NCBI GenBank assembly: GCA_004431415.1
Contig: QPMI01000483.1
Location: forward strand, 124,001-188,000
Direction: 5' to 3'
DNA from: Cyanophora paradoxa CCMP329
Lineage: Eukaryota > Plantae > Glaucophyta
DNA length: 64,000 nucleotides
The translations under genes and the position numbers were made by a program. The stretch's first letter is position 1; each line of letters opens with the position of its first letter. The notes beneath the pieces were generated by a model. That model was given only the letters and a program-made list of their open reading frames with translations, had not been told where the DNA came from and did not search any database. Of this stretch, positions 48,757 to 62,255 are shown piece by piece.

Positions 48757-51728
48757 CATGCGCTCGATCAGTCAGGCGCGCTCGGCGGAACAGAAATGCG
48801 AAGCTTCAGCGCCCTCATCGTCGCGTGCGCGGAGTGCTGACCCGTACGAGCGAGACGCGCGCGCGCGTAGATGAGTGGAGAAAAAGACCTTTGACGAAGA
48901 GCGGCATTAGTTCCCTTCTGCTCGATTGCACGTGTACCCCTTGAGGGGGAGTACAGGCCTCCGGATGAAGAACGCGGAGCGGTCAGCCGCGGCGAAGAAG
49001 CGCGGATCCGAAGCTTACAAGCTGGGCGCGCGCGCCGAGGCCGCCGAGCTTTTCAGCGAGGCCCTGCGCTACGCGCCGGACACGGACGCTGCATTAGCCG
49101 ACGGTGCACCGGACGCGATAGCAGTGCTCTACGCGAATCGCGCGGCGTGTTTGCTTGCGACTGGTGAGGCGCAGTCGCTTTGCTTGATGTTCGGCTGCGC
49201 CTCGCTGATCCCGCGCGCAGGCGCGAGCGTCCAGGCGGCGCGGGACGCTCGACGCGCGCTTGATCGAGCCCCAACGTACGCAAAGGCCCTCGTACGGCGG
49301 GCGAAGGCGCGCCTGAACCTCGGCGACGCCGCTGGAGCCCTCCAGGATCTGTCGCGCGCTCGGCAATTCTGCAGCGAGGGCGACCGGGAAGCGCTGGATG
49401 CGGATCTCGCTGCCGTATCCGCGCTGGCATCGAAGGGAGCGCCAGTTCAGGCCTCGCAGCATGCGCAGCCACAGCCGTCCCGGCCCCTGCTGGAGCTGGA
49501 GCGCCCCAATCCGCTCCTCGCCTCAGCGAGCGACGCCGTGCGCGTGGAGGTTGACGCGCGCGCCGGCCGACATCTACTCGCGACACGGACCATCCGGGCG
49601 GGGGAGGTGCGCTGACCTCCCCGTTCCCCAGGCGCCTCCTCTGGCCGCCGCCCGGTCCCGAGAATGCCGACCGCCCGGCTCCCGACAGGCCGTCGTCTGC
49701 GAGGAACCGTACGCGTGGTGCCTGGCCTTGGACCGGTCCGACGACCACTGCCCCGCCTGCTTGCGCCGCTGCCTTCCCGGGTAGACACAGTACCCCCGCC
49801 GCCCGCAGCGGCCGGCCTTGCCAAATCGTTTCCGGCTCGCAGGGGCAGCCCGGTCCCCTGCCGGGTCTGCGCGGCGGTGCTCTACTGCGACGAGGCGTGC
49901 CGCGACGCCGACGGCCCGATGCACGACGCCGAGTGCCCGGGGCAGCTCCCCGCGTCGGCCGCCGCCTTCCTCTCCTCCCTCCGCGCCTCCAAGGTGCCCG
50001 CCGGCGGCAGCTGCGTCCGCCCGCCCGCCCCGACGCGGTTGCGCGTGCAGGAGGGGGAGGATGTGCTCCTCGCCCTGCGGGTGATGCGGCGGGCGTTCCT
50101 CGCCGGCCAGGCCCCGCCCTTCGCGGCCGCCGACCCGCCGCCCGAGGGGTCCGTCGCCGGATGCGGCGCGGCGGGGCGCTACGGCGCAGACTACCGGGCG
50201 GCGTCCGCGCTGCAGACGCACGAGGCGAGCGGGCCCCCGGAGCGGGCAGCGCGATTCGCAGCCCTTGCCTCCGACGCGTGCCGCGCCCTCTCCGGTCCGT
50301 CGCCTTGGCTGCTTTCTGCCCCGATAACCAGCATCGTTTCAAGCTTCGCCTCTGCAGCGCTTCCCTACCTGGCCCGAGGCACCGAGTCCGAGCTGGCCGT
50401 GGCCCGGCACGCCATGCAGGCTCGCAGCTTTGCAGTGCATCGCTGCCCGCCCGCGCCCCCTGTGCCGAGAGCCCCGCGCAGATGCGGACGAATGTGCACT
50501 CGGTGCAGGGCGAGGAGGAGGAGGGGGCGGGGGCGGGCGTCGTCCGGACCCGAATGGTCCGCGTACCCATCAAACCTCCCCCCCGCCCCCTCCTTGCGAC
50601 GCATTCCCCGCAGGTGACGCGGGGCCGCGGCGTGTACCTCACAGCCGCACTCCTCAATCACTCGGTGCCTCCCCACACGCGCTCTCGCTCGCGCGCTTCG
50701 CCCCTCATTCGCCCCGCCCAGTGCTCGCCAAACACCTCCCTCTCCTTCGAAGGCCCGTCCGCCGGACTACCGCCCCTCGTCGTCGCTGCCGTTGACCCTC
50801 CCTCCGGGCACGCAGGCCGCCGCCTCGTCCTCCGGGCTGCGAAGGACATCGAGGCGGGCGAGGAGGTCACCTCGTGCTACGGGCCCCAGGCGCCGCACAT
50901 GCCGCGGGCGGAGCGACGCGCAGCGCTGGCCGCGCAGTACCACTTCGACTGCCGCTGCGGCGCCTGCGGTGCGGCGGACCTCTCGCGGGCCTTCCTCTGC
51001 CCCTGCGGCGCCCCGCTGGACGCGGAGGACCGCCCAGGTACGGCCGCAGCAGGCCGCGCCCCACCCGCCGCTCACTACAGGCCCGCAGAGCGCTGCGGCG
51101 CTTGCGGTGCCCCTGTGGCGTGGGTGGACCTGCAGCGCACGGCGCAGGCGGCCGGGGCGAGCTACACGCGGGCGCGGCAGCTGCTGGACGGCGGGGGCGC
51201 AGGCCAAACAGAGGAGGAGGCGGCGGGGGCGGCGGAGGCGCTCCTGGGGCGGTGCATCGGGGCGCGGGCGGGGCTGCTGCACCCGCTGCACCGGGAGCTG
51301 GGGGCGGCGCGGGACGCGCGGGCGGAGGCGCTGGCGCGGCTGGGGCGGTGGCACGAGGCGGCCGAGGAGCTGGCGGCCTCGCTGCAGTGCCTCGAGCGGG
51401 GCGCCGGCCTGGCGCCCGCCTCCCCGAGGTCGCCTCCCAGCGCCTCAAGCTCGCCCAGGTCCCTCCGCCGCCCCGCGTGCCCGCCCCGGCCGCCCGCCGG
51501 CCCCGCTCGAGCTCACCGCCGCCGCCGCCGCCTCAGCTCCTCTTCAACGCCGGCCCCGGTACCGGCGGCCGCTCGCGGGCCAAGCGCGGCTGGGCGCGCC
51601 TCACGGAGGGCGGCGCCGCCTCGCCCCTGCAGCGCGCCCTCGAGTCCAACGCGGCGCTGCTGGGTCCGGGACACCCCGCCGTGGCCGAGCTCAGGGAGAT
51701 GCAGGACGTGATAAGGAGTTACAGGTAG
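48757..51728 (+). CDS. TPR-SET-MYND lysine methyltransferase (SMYD4-like); start uncertain
   Basis: TPRs (LYANRAAC, YAKALVRRAKA), GRHLLATRTIRAGE, MYND (CPAC, CRVC, YCDEAC, H..EC), LLNHS|CSPN, YHFDCRCGAC. Confidence 0.88.
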
Positions 51729-51908
51729 TAGCAGCGTGTACGCAGAGACTGGTTTTTTTTAAGGTGCTTGTATAAGTTGACGTGCAAGGGTGCGGGCGGG
51801 GAGTGACGATTCAGCCGGGGAGGGGCGGAGGGGCAGGGACCGAAACGGGGAGGGGAAGCGAGAACGCGCGGAGAGGGGTGGCTGGGAAGGAAAGCGGGGC
51901 GAGGGAGC

Positions 51909-53893
51909 TCAGAAGGCGCTGCCGGCGAAGGTGCTCGTCTTGGGCTGGCCGATGACGTAGACCTCGAAGCCGATCTGGCGGAGCTCCTCGTGGGGCAGGA
52001 TGTTGCGCCCGTCGAACACGAACGCCGGCTTCATCTACCCCCCGCTGAGCGCCCGGCGCGCGCACGGCGGGCGGGGGCGCGCGCGGGGGCAGCCGTCGCA
52101 CCATCGAGGCGTACATGCGCTTGTAGTCGTACGTCTTGAACTCGTCCCACTCGGTCATGCAGATGATCGCGTGCGTCCCCTCCGCCGCCTTGTACGGGTC
52201 CGTCTGCGCGCCGGCTCGCCCCGCGCCGAAGAAAGGAGGGGAAAGAAAGGGAAAGGGACAGGGGCGGCGCGGACCATGACCTTGAACTTCTCGCGGACGT
52301 TGACCTCCTTGGAGATGTTGGCCTCGTGGCCCTCGAGCTCGATGAACATCTGCTCCTCCTCGACCTTGGGGTCGTAGCAGTGCACGATCGCGTGCTCCTC
52401 CAGCAGCTCCTTCGCCACCATGATCGCCGCCGACTCCCGCGTGTCGCCCGTGTCCTTCTTGTACGCGAACCCCAGCATCAGCAGCCGCTTGTTCGCCACC
52501 TGCGCCGCGCCCGTGAGCGGGGAGCGGGCCGGGGCGGCGCCGGACGGCGCGCCGTGCTGTACATGCTCTGCACGATCCGCTTCGCGAAGCGGTGCTTCTG
52601 GTAGTCGTTCATCTTGATCACCTGCGCCGGCGCCGGGGCCGTCAGCCGCGCGCCGCGGAACGGGGCGGGCGGGAGGGGCCGGCGCCTGGTGCCAGTACTC
52701 CGCGACCTCGTGGAGGCCCAGCGACTCGCAGATGTAGACGAGGTTCAGGATGTCCTTCTGGAAGCACGAGCCGCCGAAACCGACCGACGCCTTCAGGAAC
52801 TTCGGCCCGATGCGCGAGTCCGTGCTGGCGGCCGGCGCTCAGCACTGGGCCGGAAAAAGCAGGGGGGTGCCGCGCCCACCCGATAGCGTGCGCGACCTCG
52901 TCCACGTCAGCTCCAGTCTTCTCGCAGAGGGCAGACATCGCGTTGATGGACGAGATGCGCTGCAGAACGGACGGGCGTTCGGCGAGAGTTTGACACTGCG
53001 AGGGAAGACACACACCTGGGCCAGGAACGCGTTCGCCGCGAGCTTCGAGAGCTCGGAGCTCCACAGGTTCGTGGTGATGATGCGCTCCCGCGGCACCCAG
53101 TGAGCGTACACCCAGGCCAGCGCATTCACTGCCGCCTGGCCTGCGGCGCCAAGCGTCAGGGAAACGTTTGCTTATTGAAGAGGATGGCCAGAATGCAAAA
53201 CTAAACCGCCTGGCGCCTGGGGCGCGCACCCGAGGGGGTCTTGTTGCCACCGATGAGCACTCGGTCCGGTTTGAACAGGTTGGCCATCGCCGTGCCCTCC
53301 GCAAGGAACTCCGGGTTCGAGAGCACCTCGAACTTCGTTCCGTAGTCGTTGCACATCAGCACCTTGGCCATGGACTGCGCCGTCCTAACCGGCACCGTCG
53401 ACTTCTCCACGACGATCTTGGGCGTCTTCGCCACGGACGCAATCTTGCGCGCGGCAAGCTCCCAGTTGGTGACATCGGCCGCGCGGCCGGCGCCAACACC
53501 GTAGGTCTTGGTCGGGGTGTTGACGGACACGAAGATGATGTCAGCTTCGTGGATAGCCCTGTCGATGTCTGTGGAGAAGTGCAGATTGCGCCCACGGCAC
53601 TCCTTGACGACCTCGTCCAGACCCGGCTCGTAGATGGGGAGCTCGTCGCTGTTCCACGCCTTGATGCGGCTCTCACTGAGGTCCACGCACCAGACCTTAA
53701 TCTCCGGGCACATCTTTGCAATGACAACCATCGTCGGACCGCCGACATAGCCGGCGCCGAGACAGGTGATGCACTGCGCGGGGGCCGCTCAGTAACCGCG
53801 CCGCGCGAGCGAGCTGGAGGGTGCGCCTCTGCCTGCGGCTTCATAGCGCGCTTTCCAAGGAAAGCGCACCTTCACGGGCGCTTCCTGCGCCAT
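51909..53893 (-). CDS. UGDH: UDP-glucose 6-dehydrogenase, multi-exon
   Basis: [73 protein letters not shown]. Confidence 0.97.
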
Positions 53894-54259
53894 GTTTGCG
53901 GTTGAATTTGAGGCTTGAAGCGAACGACTCGGGGTACAGCAAAGCCGGCCGCCGCAGTGCGTGCCCTGTGGATCTGTGCTTGCGGTGACTGAGAAAGTTA
54001 ATTAGCCGGTTCTTCTGAGAAAGATGACCAACGTTAACTTGAGCTGCAGCGCTGCAGACCGAATGCGGATGCTGAGAACATTAGCTAAGGTATAGCTAGC
54101 TAGGGACCGTCGGAACGAACTTAAATCGCAGTGCGTAACTGGTGCAAAAGAGAGCGACGCGGCGGAACTGGTGCTCCGCTGGACTCCGGGATCCCGGAGT
54201 CCGGATCCGGCGCAGGATCCCGCGCGCGAGCGAGAGAGTGTGTGTAGACTACAGGCCGC

Positions 54260-56889
54260 TCACCGTGGCACCGTAGCCGCCGCCTCCGGTGCGGGGTAGA
54301 CCCCCGCGCGGGCGCCGAAGAGGCGGGCGAACAGGCCGGGGCCCCAGGAGGCCGGGGCGCTCCGCTGCGTAAGCAGCTGGGCGACTCGGATCTCCTCGAG
54401 GGCGGCGAGGACGCGCTTGAGGCGGGGGCAGTCCGCCGCGAAGGCGTGCGGAAAGCGCGTGCGGTACAGCTCCCCCGCCGTCGCGTAGTGCGCCCCCTGC
54501 ATGCGCACTGGCCGTCACGCAGCGACGCCTGGTCTCGCGGCCCCGCGGCGCTGGACCGGCAGCGCACCGCCTTCTTGGGCCTGCCGAGCGCGAGGAGCGT
54601 CTCGCCCAGCCAGAAGTGGTAGTGCGCCTTCAGCGGCGTCCTCGTCTGCGGGTCGTTCTTCTGCGGGGGCCGCCTCGTCAGGGCCGCGCGGCCGCCGCCC
54701 CTGCCGGGGACGCGGGAGGGCCCGGGAGTGCGCGCGCCTCGGCGGCAGCGAGGCCGATGGTGAGGTACTGGAGGACGGTGCGGGGGATGGCGCGGTCGCC
54801 CTCGTTCCGCACCGACATGTTCACGTTGACGTCGTTCTCCTGCACGGCGCCCCGGGCCCGGGGCCCGCCCGGCGAGCTCGAGGAGGGCGGCGGCAGGAGA
54901 GGCGGCTCGCGGGCCGGCGCACGGGAAGGGCGGGGTCGTCCAGGACGATGAGCTGCGGGCCCGCGGCAGCCGTCAAGCCCCGCCCCGCCGGCGTCCCCCC
55001 GGGGCGCCCCACCGCCGCCCGGCGCACCTCCTTGATGCAGCGCTGCCACGACTTTCTGGCGGCGGGGAGCTTGCCTGTCGAACGGAGCGGCGGCCTCAGC
55101 GGGTGGGCGGCGGGCGAGGGCGGGACCGTACGTACCCGGCCCGGAGAGGACCAGGTTGAAGAAGTGTGCGGTGAGGGCCCGCACCAGAACCGTCCTGCGC
55201 GCCCGCTGAACTGCGGGGACGGGCGGCCCCGGACGAGCGTCACGCACGCATAGGCGGGCCCGAGGGCGTCGAGGACTGCGATGGCCTCCTCCGAGAGGGC
55301 AGAGGCGCGCGCGAAGTCCCCCAGGTACCGGCTCGCCATCGCTGCCGCCCCGCCGCGTCGGGCCAGGCCGGGGCCGGCGAGCGCGGCGGGGGCGCGGGGC
55401 GGACACTGGACGTGCAGGAACGCGTATTTGGAGTACAGCGCCTCCGGGGCATCCCCCTGCTGGTAGTACGCCTTCTCCGCGACTGCCGCCGCCCCGCGCG
55501 GTGAGCGGCCGGACGGGGGCGGGGCGCCGAACCGGGGGCCGCACTGTGCACTCCCTGCCGCTCCTGGTGCTTCATGTCGACTACGCTCGCGAGGGTGAGG
55601 CGCGCCAGAGGGGAGAGGGGGGCGGGGGCACAGTGGAGCTCGGCGAGGGCGGCGATGAGGTCGGCCTCGAGGGCGGAGGGGACGAGCTGGCGGCGCAGGA
55701 GCTCGGCCCAGGCCTCGAAGTAGAGCCCCGCCGCCTCCGCCTTGCGGTTGTACCGGTCGTGCGCCATCGCGCAGAAGACGAGGGCCTTGGGGCGCAGCGC
55801 CCCCTCCGCCGCCCCCAGCTCCCCGCCCAGCAGCTGCACGCGCCCCACCAGCTGCGCCCCGCGTCGGCCCCGCCCCGCCCCTCCCCCGCCCCGCCCCGCC
55901 GGACGCGCACGCGCGAGGCGAGGTCCCAGCGCAGAGCGAAGAGGTCCGCGGCGGTGCGAGGCCGCTCCGCCGTGAACGCCTGCCGCGCAAGCGCTCGGCC
56001 GCCGCCGGGAGGCCCGCTGCGCCTCGGGAAGGGCGGGGCGCACGAGGAGGAGGGCCGTGGCGTGCTCCACCACCGCCTCGGCATCGGCGGGGGTCCACGC
56101 CCCCGCCGGCGACCGCTGCAGCGCCCCCACGAGCCCGTGCACCACCGCCTCCGCCTGCGCCCCTCCCTCGACCCCCCGCACCGCCTCCCGCACTCGGGGC
56201 GAGAGCGAGAAGCGCACGCACCAGCTCGGGGCGCCCCGCAGCCCGCATGGCGGCCAGCATCAAGCGGACGACGCGGCGCCCAGGGATCGTCCGGAACAGC
56301 GTAGTTCCCAACAGCCTCGCGTCGCTCAGCGCCTGTCCGGTGTCACAGGAAGCCGCACGCCCCTGATCAAGGCCAGCCCACGGGCGGACCATGGCGAGCT
56401 TCGTGGCGCGCTCGGGCCACTCCTCGCTGCACGAGAGCTTCACGAGAAAGTGCTGCTTTAAATCTCCTCGAGCACGCACGCTGCGCTTTGCAGGAGTCCC
56501 TCGCCCAGTGTGTCAAGCTCCTTCCGCAGAGCGTTGCTCGTGTTTTCATCGCACATGTAAGGGGGTGGGGCCTGCGCGGGGCATCGACTTGATACTTCTG
56601 TAACTTGAGAAATCGAACAGTATCGAGAGCTGTGCATACGCACTGGTTGCTGGAGAAAGAGGCCCGGGTGAAGCTGCGGCATATTCGACTGAGCTTGCTC
56701 GAGCTGTTTCCGCAGGAGCGCGGCCTTCTCCGCTATAGCGTCGACAGTCACCGCCGCACTGGCTCCTTCTTCATCTGCGGCATCGCTGGCGATTCGCCCT
56801 CCGAGTTCTGTGCCTGCCGAGATGATGAGCTCCTCCACCTCGTTGCCGAAAGTCGGGATCAGCTCGCGGCCAACCGCATCCGCTTCCAT
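54260..56889 (-). CDS. Hypothetical helical/TPR-like protein, multi-exon
   Basis: Contiguous spliceable exons from MEADAVGREL...; TPR-like segments (RYLGDFARASALSEEAI, GKLPAARKSWQRCI). Confidence 0.6.
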
Positions 56890-57213
56890 GTTGGAGTGCT
56901 GTATAAGCTAATCTAATTTAACTGCCGGTGATCACGGATGCGCGCGCCCGCAGGCGCGCAGCCCGCGCGCATGCGCTCCTCCGATATCGATGCGCGGAGC
57001 TGCGGAACTAACAATCGGATTGCATCACATCACATCGCGGCTGGCGCTAGCGCTGGAGCCTCGGAGCTCGAGCAGCAGAGTCGAGCTCGCTGCACGGGTA
57101 CACGTGTACGTTTGCGGCGGCGCCTGCTAATGCAGCTCGATCCCCCTGACTCGAGCTCAGTGATTGCGTCTTTGGTCTGAATTCGAAGTTGGCCGTTCAA
57201 CAGCCAAGGTCAT

Positions 57214-58736
57214 CTAAGCTTCTGGGGGGGCCTCGCCTTCGGCGGGGGGCGCAGCTGCGTCGCCCTCCACGGCCTCCGCAGCAGCGACCGACGGCTCCGC
57301 CTCCGCCACGTCCGGCGCCTCCGCGGCGGCCGGCACCTCCTCTCCTGGAAGTGCGGTGTCCGCAGCGGACGCTACCATCTCTTCCTCCGCCGGCGCAGCA
57401 TCGGCCTCTGGCTCCGCCGGCGCCGCCTCTGGCTCGGCCCCAGGCTCCGCAGTCGGGGCCTGCTCCGGCTCCGGCTCGGCAGCAAGGGCCGGCTCGGGCT
57501 CCGCGGCGGGGGTCGGCTCTGGCTCCGCCTCCGTCTCCGGCTCCGGTGCTGGCGCGGCCTCCGCCGGGGCTGGTGCTGGGGCCGGCTCCTCCGGCACGGG
57601 AGAGGGTGCGGCTTGCGCAGGGGCTGGGGCGGTCTCGGCGGCGGCAACGGACGCCTCCGGGGCGGCTGCGCTGCCCTGCGTCGCCGATGAGGACTTCCTC
57701 AGCTTGTCGCGGGTCTGCATGCCCTTGACGCGGGCCTGGATCTGCGGTCCGACGCGGCCGGCGGTCAGCCTGCGTTTGCCGCCCGGTGCGAGACGGGGCG
57801 GCGGGCCTTGGCGGCGGCGTCGTCCTCGCGCTTCTTGCTCTGCTTGCGCTCCTTGTGCTGCTTGCGGACCTTGTGGCCCTTGAAGATGCGCTGGATCTGC
57901 ATCGCCGCCTGGTCCTCCGGCGTCAGCGCCGCCAGCGCCGCCTGCCGCTCCGCCGCCCGCTCCTTCTTCGCTTGCCTCTTCTCCGCCTTCGTCAGGTGCT
58001 GCGAAGCAGGTGTGAGCCGGCCCGCATCGGCGAGGAGCACGGCTGCGCGGGTTGCAGCGCGCCTGCCGCTCCTGTCCGGGGGCCGGAGGGAAGATCCCGC
58101 ACTCCGTCACCTTGACGGGGACGGCCGGCCGCTCGTTCGCCCTTGCCAGCTGCGGTGCCGGTCAACGGGGGGCGGCGGGGAGTCGCCGGGGCGGCCGCGC
58201 CTTGGAGATGATGCGGACGACGCGCATGCCGTCGATCACCCGCCCGAACGCCACCTGCGGTGCGGGCCGTCGACCGCTGCTCCAGGGCGAGCCGCGGGGC
58301 GTCACTGAGCACCTTCCTGCGGTCGAGGTACGGGGTGGGCCCCATTGTGATGTAGAACTGCGACGCGTTCGTGTGCGGCTTCGCCGCCGCCCTGCGCCCA
58401 GCCCCGTCAGACCCACACGCCCCCGCCGTCACCTCGCGCGACGGCCCGAGCGCACATCCCCTGCGGGTGGGGCGGGAGTCAGGTGGGGCGGCGTCGGAGG
58501 AGGAGGCAACGGCGGCGGCGGGCTGGGCGCAGGGGGCGCACGACGATGCCGGGCCGGTCGTGGGGGACGCCGAAGGACTCGTCCTGCGATCCGACTCACT
58601 CCGCGCCTGCGAAAGGCCGCGCCGGGCGGCGCACGGGGAAGGTGGGCCCGTAGATGGAGGCCCCGCCGCCCCCCGAGGGACCGGAGACGTCGCCGCCCTG
58701 GATCCAGCCCCCTGGCACCTGCCGGCGCCCTCAGCG

Positions 58737-58777
<41 letters not shown>

Positions 58778-59910
58778 CGGCTGCCGGGGCGGGGCGCGCC
58801 ACGCGGTGGAAGAGGGTGTCCTTATAAGAGAGGACGCCCTTGCCGGAGTCGAAACCGCGGCACAGCTCCAGGAAGTTCGCGCACGTCTTGGGTAGCAGCT
58901 CGTTGAAAAGCTGCGGCCCTGCGTCAGGCCGCCGCAGGCAGGGCGGAGGAGGCCGGCCCCGCTGGTGGGCCCCGCACCTCGATGACGATGCGGCCGGCCG
59001 GCTCGCCGTCGAGCGAGACGTTCAGGTACCTGCGAGGTCAGTCGGCGGCGCCCGGAGGCCGCGCGCGAGGCGGAGGCCTCCGCGCACACGAAATCCCGCT
59101 TCGTCGACTTCAGGTGCTCAAGGAATTTCTGCGAAGGGAGGGGCGGTCTGGCGCTTGCTGCGGATTGGTTAGGCGGGGGGCCGGCAAGTGGACCTTCTTC
59201 GCTTCGTTCGCGTACAGCGGGTACGCCCGCTTGTCCTCCCAGTTGTACTGCTCCTGCGGCGCCGCTGGGCCGCGCACTTGAAGGCGCAGCGAAGGCTCCC
59301 CCACCTTCGCGAAGTTCATCAGGTGGAAGCAGTTGCCGACGAGCGTCTCCTTCTGATTCTCGATGTACGAAACCATCGGCGAGCCCGCTGCGAAGCGGTC
59401 GGAGGTGCATACGAGGGCGACAGGAAGCACGCACTGTGCGTCTCCGCGAGGGCCGCCTGCGGCGTCCCCTGGTAAAGCTTGCTGAAGTACTGCCGCAGGC
59501 AGTAAGCCGGGCACGAGACAAGGCGCCGAGGCGAAGCCTTGCACCTTCTTCTTCTGTGCAAGGTACTGCTCCCAGTCCGTCGCGACCATCGGCTTGATCT
59601 GCACGGCGCGGGTCAGGTGCCGCATTGCTTAGCTACAGAACCAGCGAGCTCGCCTCCGCGCGGCAAATGTCAGGGAACATCTCTGCAAGCTGCTCGGCTA
59701 TACTTTTCGCTTGCTGGAACCTGCGCGGGTCCGCTGCGTTAGCTACATTCCAGGCGCCGGGTCGGTACGAAGCCCGGCAGAGTTCCGGCAAGCTATCGAA
59801 GACTGAGCTAAGCTAAGCTATCGTCCCTTTGCGCGGGGAATCTAGCTCTGACCGCCGCACCGTCCATCGTCAATCTTGCCCGCTACAATGAAGCGCCGCA
59901 GAGGCGGCAT
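57214..59910 (-). CDS. PPIL6: PPIL6-type cyclophilin with C-terminal IQ motifs and an Ala/Glu/Pro-rich tail
   Basis: FQQAKSIAEQL...WEQYLAQKKK N-domain, PKTCANFLELC, LFHR|VPGGWIQGGD, HTNASQFYIT, VAFGRVIDG, IQRIFKGHKVRK. Confidence 0.85.
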
Positions 59911-60007
59911 CGCTGGTGCCTGCTCGTGCAGCTGCCAACGTCGCGCGCTTGAGTTTTGTGTGGTTCTCTGATGCTCGGTTTGGCTCGGTTTGCTTTTTGC
60001 CTGTACC

Positions 60008-60157
60008 CCCCTGCGGGTCACCAGTCCCTGCGGGTTACGCTCTCACCCAAACAGCACGGGCACCAGTCTCTGCGGGTTACGCTCTCACCCAAACAGCACG
60101 GGTACAGTTAAAGCGCTGTAGGTAGGAGGTCCGGCGCGCCCGTAGCGTAAAAAGAGC
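60008..60157. repeat. Family B, copy 3 (inverted, truncated, internal 42-nt tandem duplication)
   Basis: Reverse complement of 9801-9897; 60019-60060 is repeated at 60061-60102. Confidence 0.9.
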
Positions 60158-60167
60158 AAGATATCTT

Positions 60168-62225
60168 CTACCGCTTTTTGTAGAGACAAGGCTTGAGGCT
60201 TAGGGAGACCTCCTTCGCAGGAGGCTTTGCAGAAGCCTGCTTCACAAAATCCATGAAGACAAAGAACTTGCTGCTCTCATCCTGCGCGCGAAAGATGAGA
60301 AGGGAACACAGATGGCAAAGCATGCGGGAAAAGATAGATGTACGAACCACCGACACGAGCTTGAATCCCAGCATGCAAATCTGCATATGCAATGATGGGC
60401 ATCAGGCAAGGAGTGGCAGAAAACTCCGACGACAGATACCTCCTTGGACAACTGCTCAATATTCTGGATGCGCGATACAACCTCGGCTACCTTCAGCTCG
60501 CCCCTTCAAGTGGCGTCAGATCAAGAGAACAAAGACAGCCAAGTCAGACTCACTTTGGTTTTAACACTCGATGAGCTTCTTTGACAAAATCACTGGCATT
60601 TGTGCCCATGAGCGATAAGCTGAAGATTGCAATGTCTTCTCGAGAATAACATCAAATTTGTCAGGAGACAGAAGGATATGATCTTCATGCTCACCCACAG
60701 ATGTTGGCTTCAGGGGGACATTGGCCATGTCGCAGGCTGTCACAAGATCGTTTCCTGATGAGCCATGTAAGGCAACAGAAGACAGTTTCAAACAAGCCAC
60801 ACGTACTTGCTACCAAATCAAATGAATGTACTTTTTGCTTGACAGAAGCAGCAATCTTGGCTTCTCTGTGATAAGCGTAAGCAATTGAGCAATAAGCACA
60901 TGGCAATTCATCATGTGCACCCGCAGCCAAAGTCAGCCACAACTAGTGATGCAGGGCGAGAATTGAGATAGTGGATGAAGACATCTTGTGGGTTGAGAGG
61001 CCAATCTTTCGCCTGAGCCTGGAATCCAGAATGGTACTGCCAGGGCGTGTGTGAGCACAGCAGTCAACCAGCACAGATGCAGGCTAGAAACCTCATCAAA
61101 AAGAGATGGATTATCCTGGAAGAGCGAAAAGGCTTCCTCTCCCCTGCACGTGTAAAGCTTCTCGTTCAGCCATCGGAAGCGCCCACCCATGAGCTGCTCC
61201 TTCATCTTGGCTAAAAGTTTGGGCTGCTTCTTCTCCTGCTTGCTGGGCTCTGGTGGTGGCTTTTGCTTTGCTGCATCCGGTTGCAATTGCTGCGATAGCT
61301 TCCGCTTCTTTATGAACTGAGCTGGCTCGGCTTCTTGATCCAAATGTGTCTCGTGTGCCTCCTTTCGTTTTGGCTGAGACTGCTGTCGGGTGGACTGCTG
61401 CTCCTGCTTCTTCTGCTGCGTCTCATGCACTGCTTTCGACTTATGGTTGGCCTGCTCTGTCTGGTCATGTACAGACTTTCCAGACTGTACCACCGTCGCT
61501 CCTTGCTGCTGATGCTTTTTCTCTTTCTTCTGCAGCTTCTCTAGTCTGTGCTGACTTGGTTCATTCACCTCTGTGACTGATGGCTTCCCTTTCAGTTTCT
61601 TGGTTTGCTGAGCCGGCGTCTGTGAAGCATCACACATAAAGCATGGCTATCAGAGTTAGCAAGGGGCGGTGACGCACGGGTTCAGGCCCTTCTTGCTGCT
61701 CCTCATTTTGATGTCCTGCTCCTTTTCCAGGACGCAAGCTCGGCGGAATTACTTCCCCTTTCTCGAATGGGGATCAGACGTTTTGTGATGTACGTGAGAA
61801 AACGGAACGCTTGCTCACGACTTTCTCCGAGCGGCGGGTCAAGCTCTTCTCCTGATCGTGAGTGCGGTGAGCCAATCAGTGTCTCCGTAGCGCGCAGCTT
61901 TTTGCTTGCGCACGTCCTTTAGCTCCTTGGTTTTCTTCTTCGATGCCGACGCCGTGTCGGCGTCCAGCTCCTTCACATCAGGCCGCTCAGGTTTCGCCTT
62001 CTTCTTCGCGAACTCTTTCGGTGCGCCGCGGGCGATCTGGAAGCAGAAACGTTAGCTAAAAGGCACGTACAGAGCGCCCGCACGCGCCTCGGCCGCCGGA
62101 AAGCCGTGGCTGCCCTGCGCGACCTTCTTGGTCTTCGACGGCTGCGGCGCCGGCGCTGGGCTGTACCAGTCGATCGCCGACCCCACGTCGTCCGGCCACA
62201 CCACTTCGAGCCTGAGATCGTCCAT
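60168..62225 (-). CDS. RRP8: rRNA methyltransferase RRP8/nucleomethylin, multi-exon
   Basis: [19 protein letters not shown]...[35 protein letters not shown]. Confidence 0.93.
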
Positions 62226-62255
62226 TGAGCTAGCTGGTCAACGAGGCGCGCGTAT

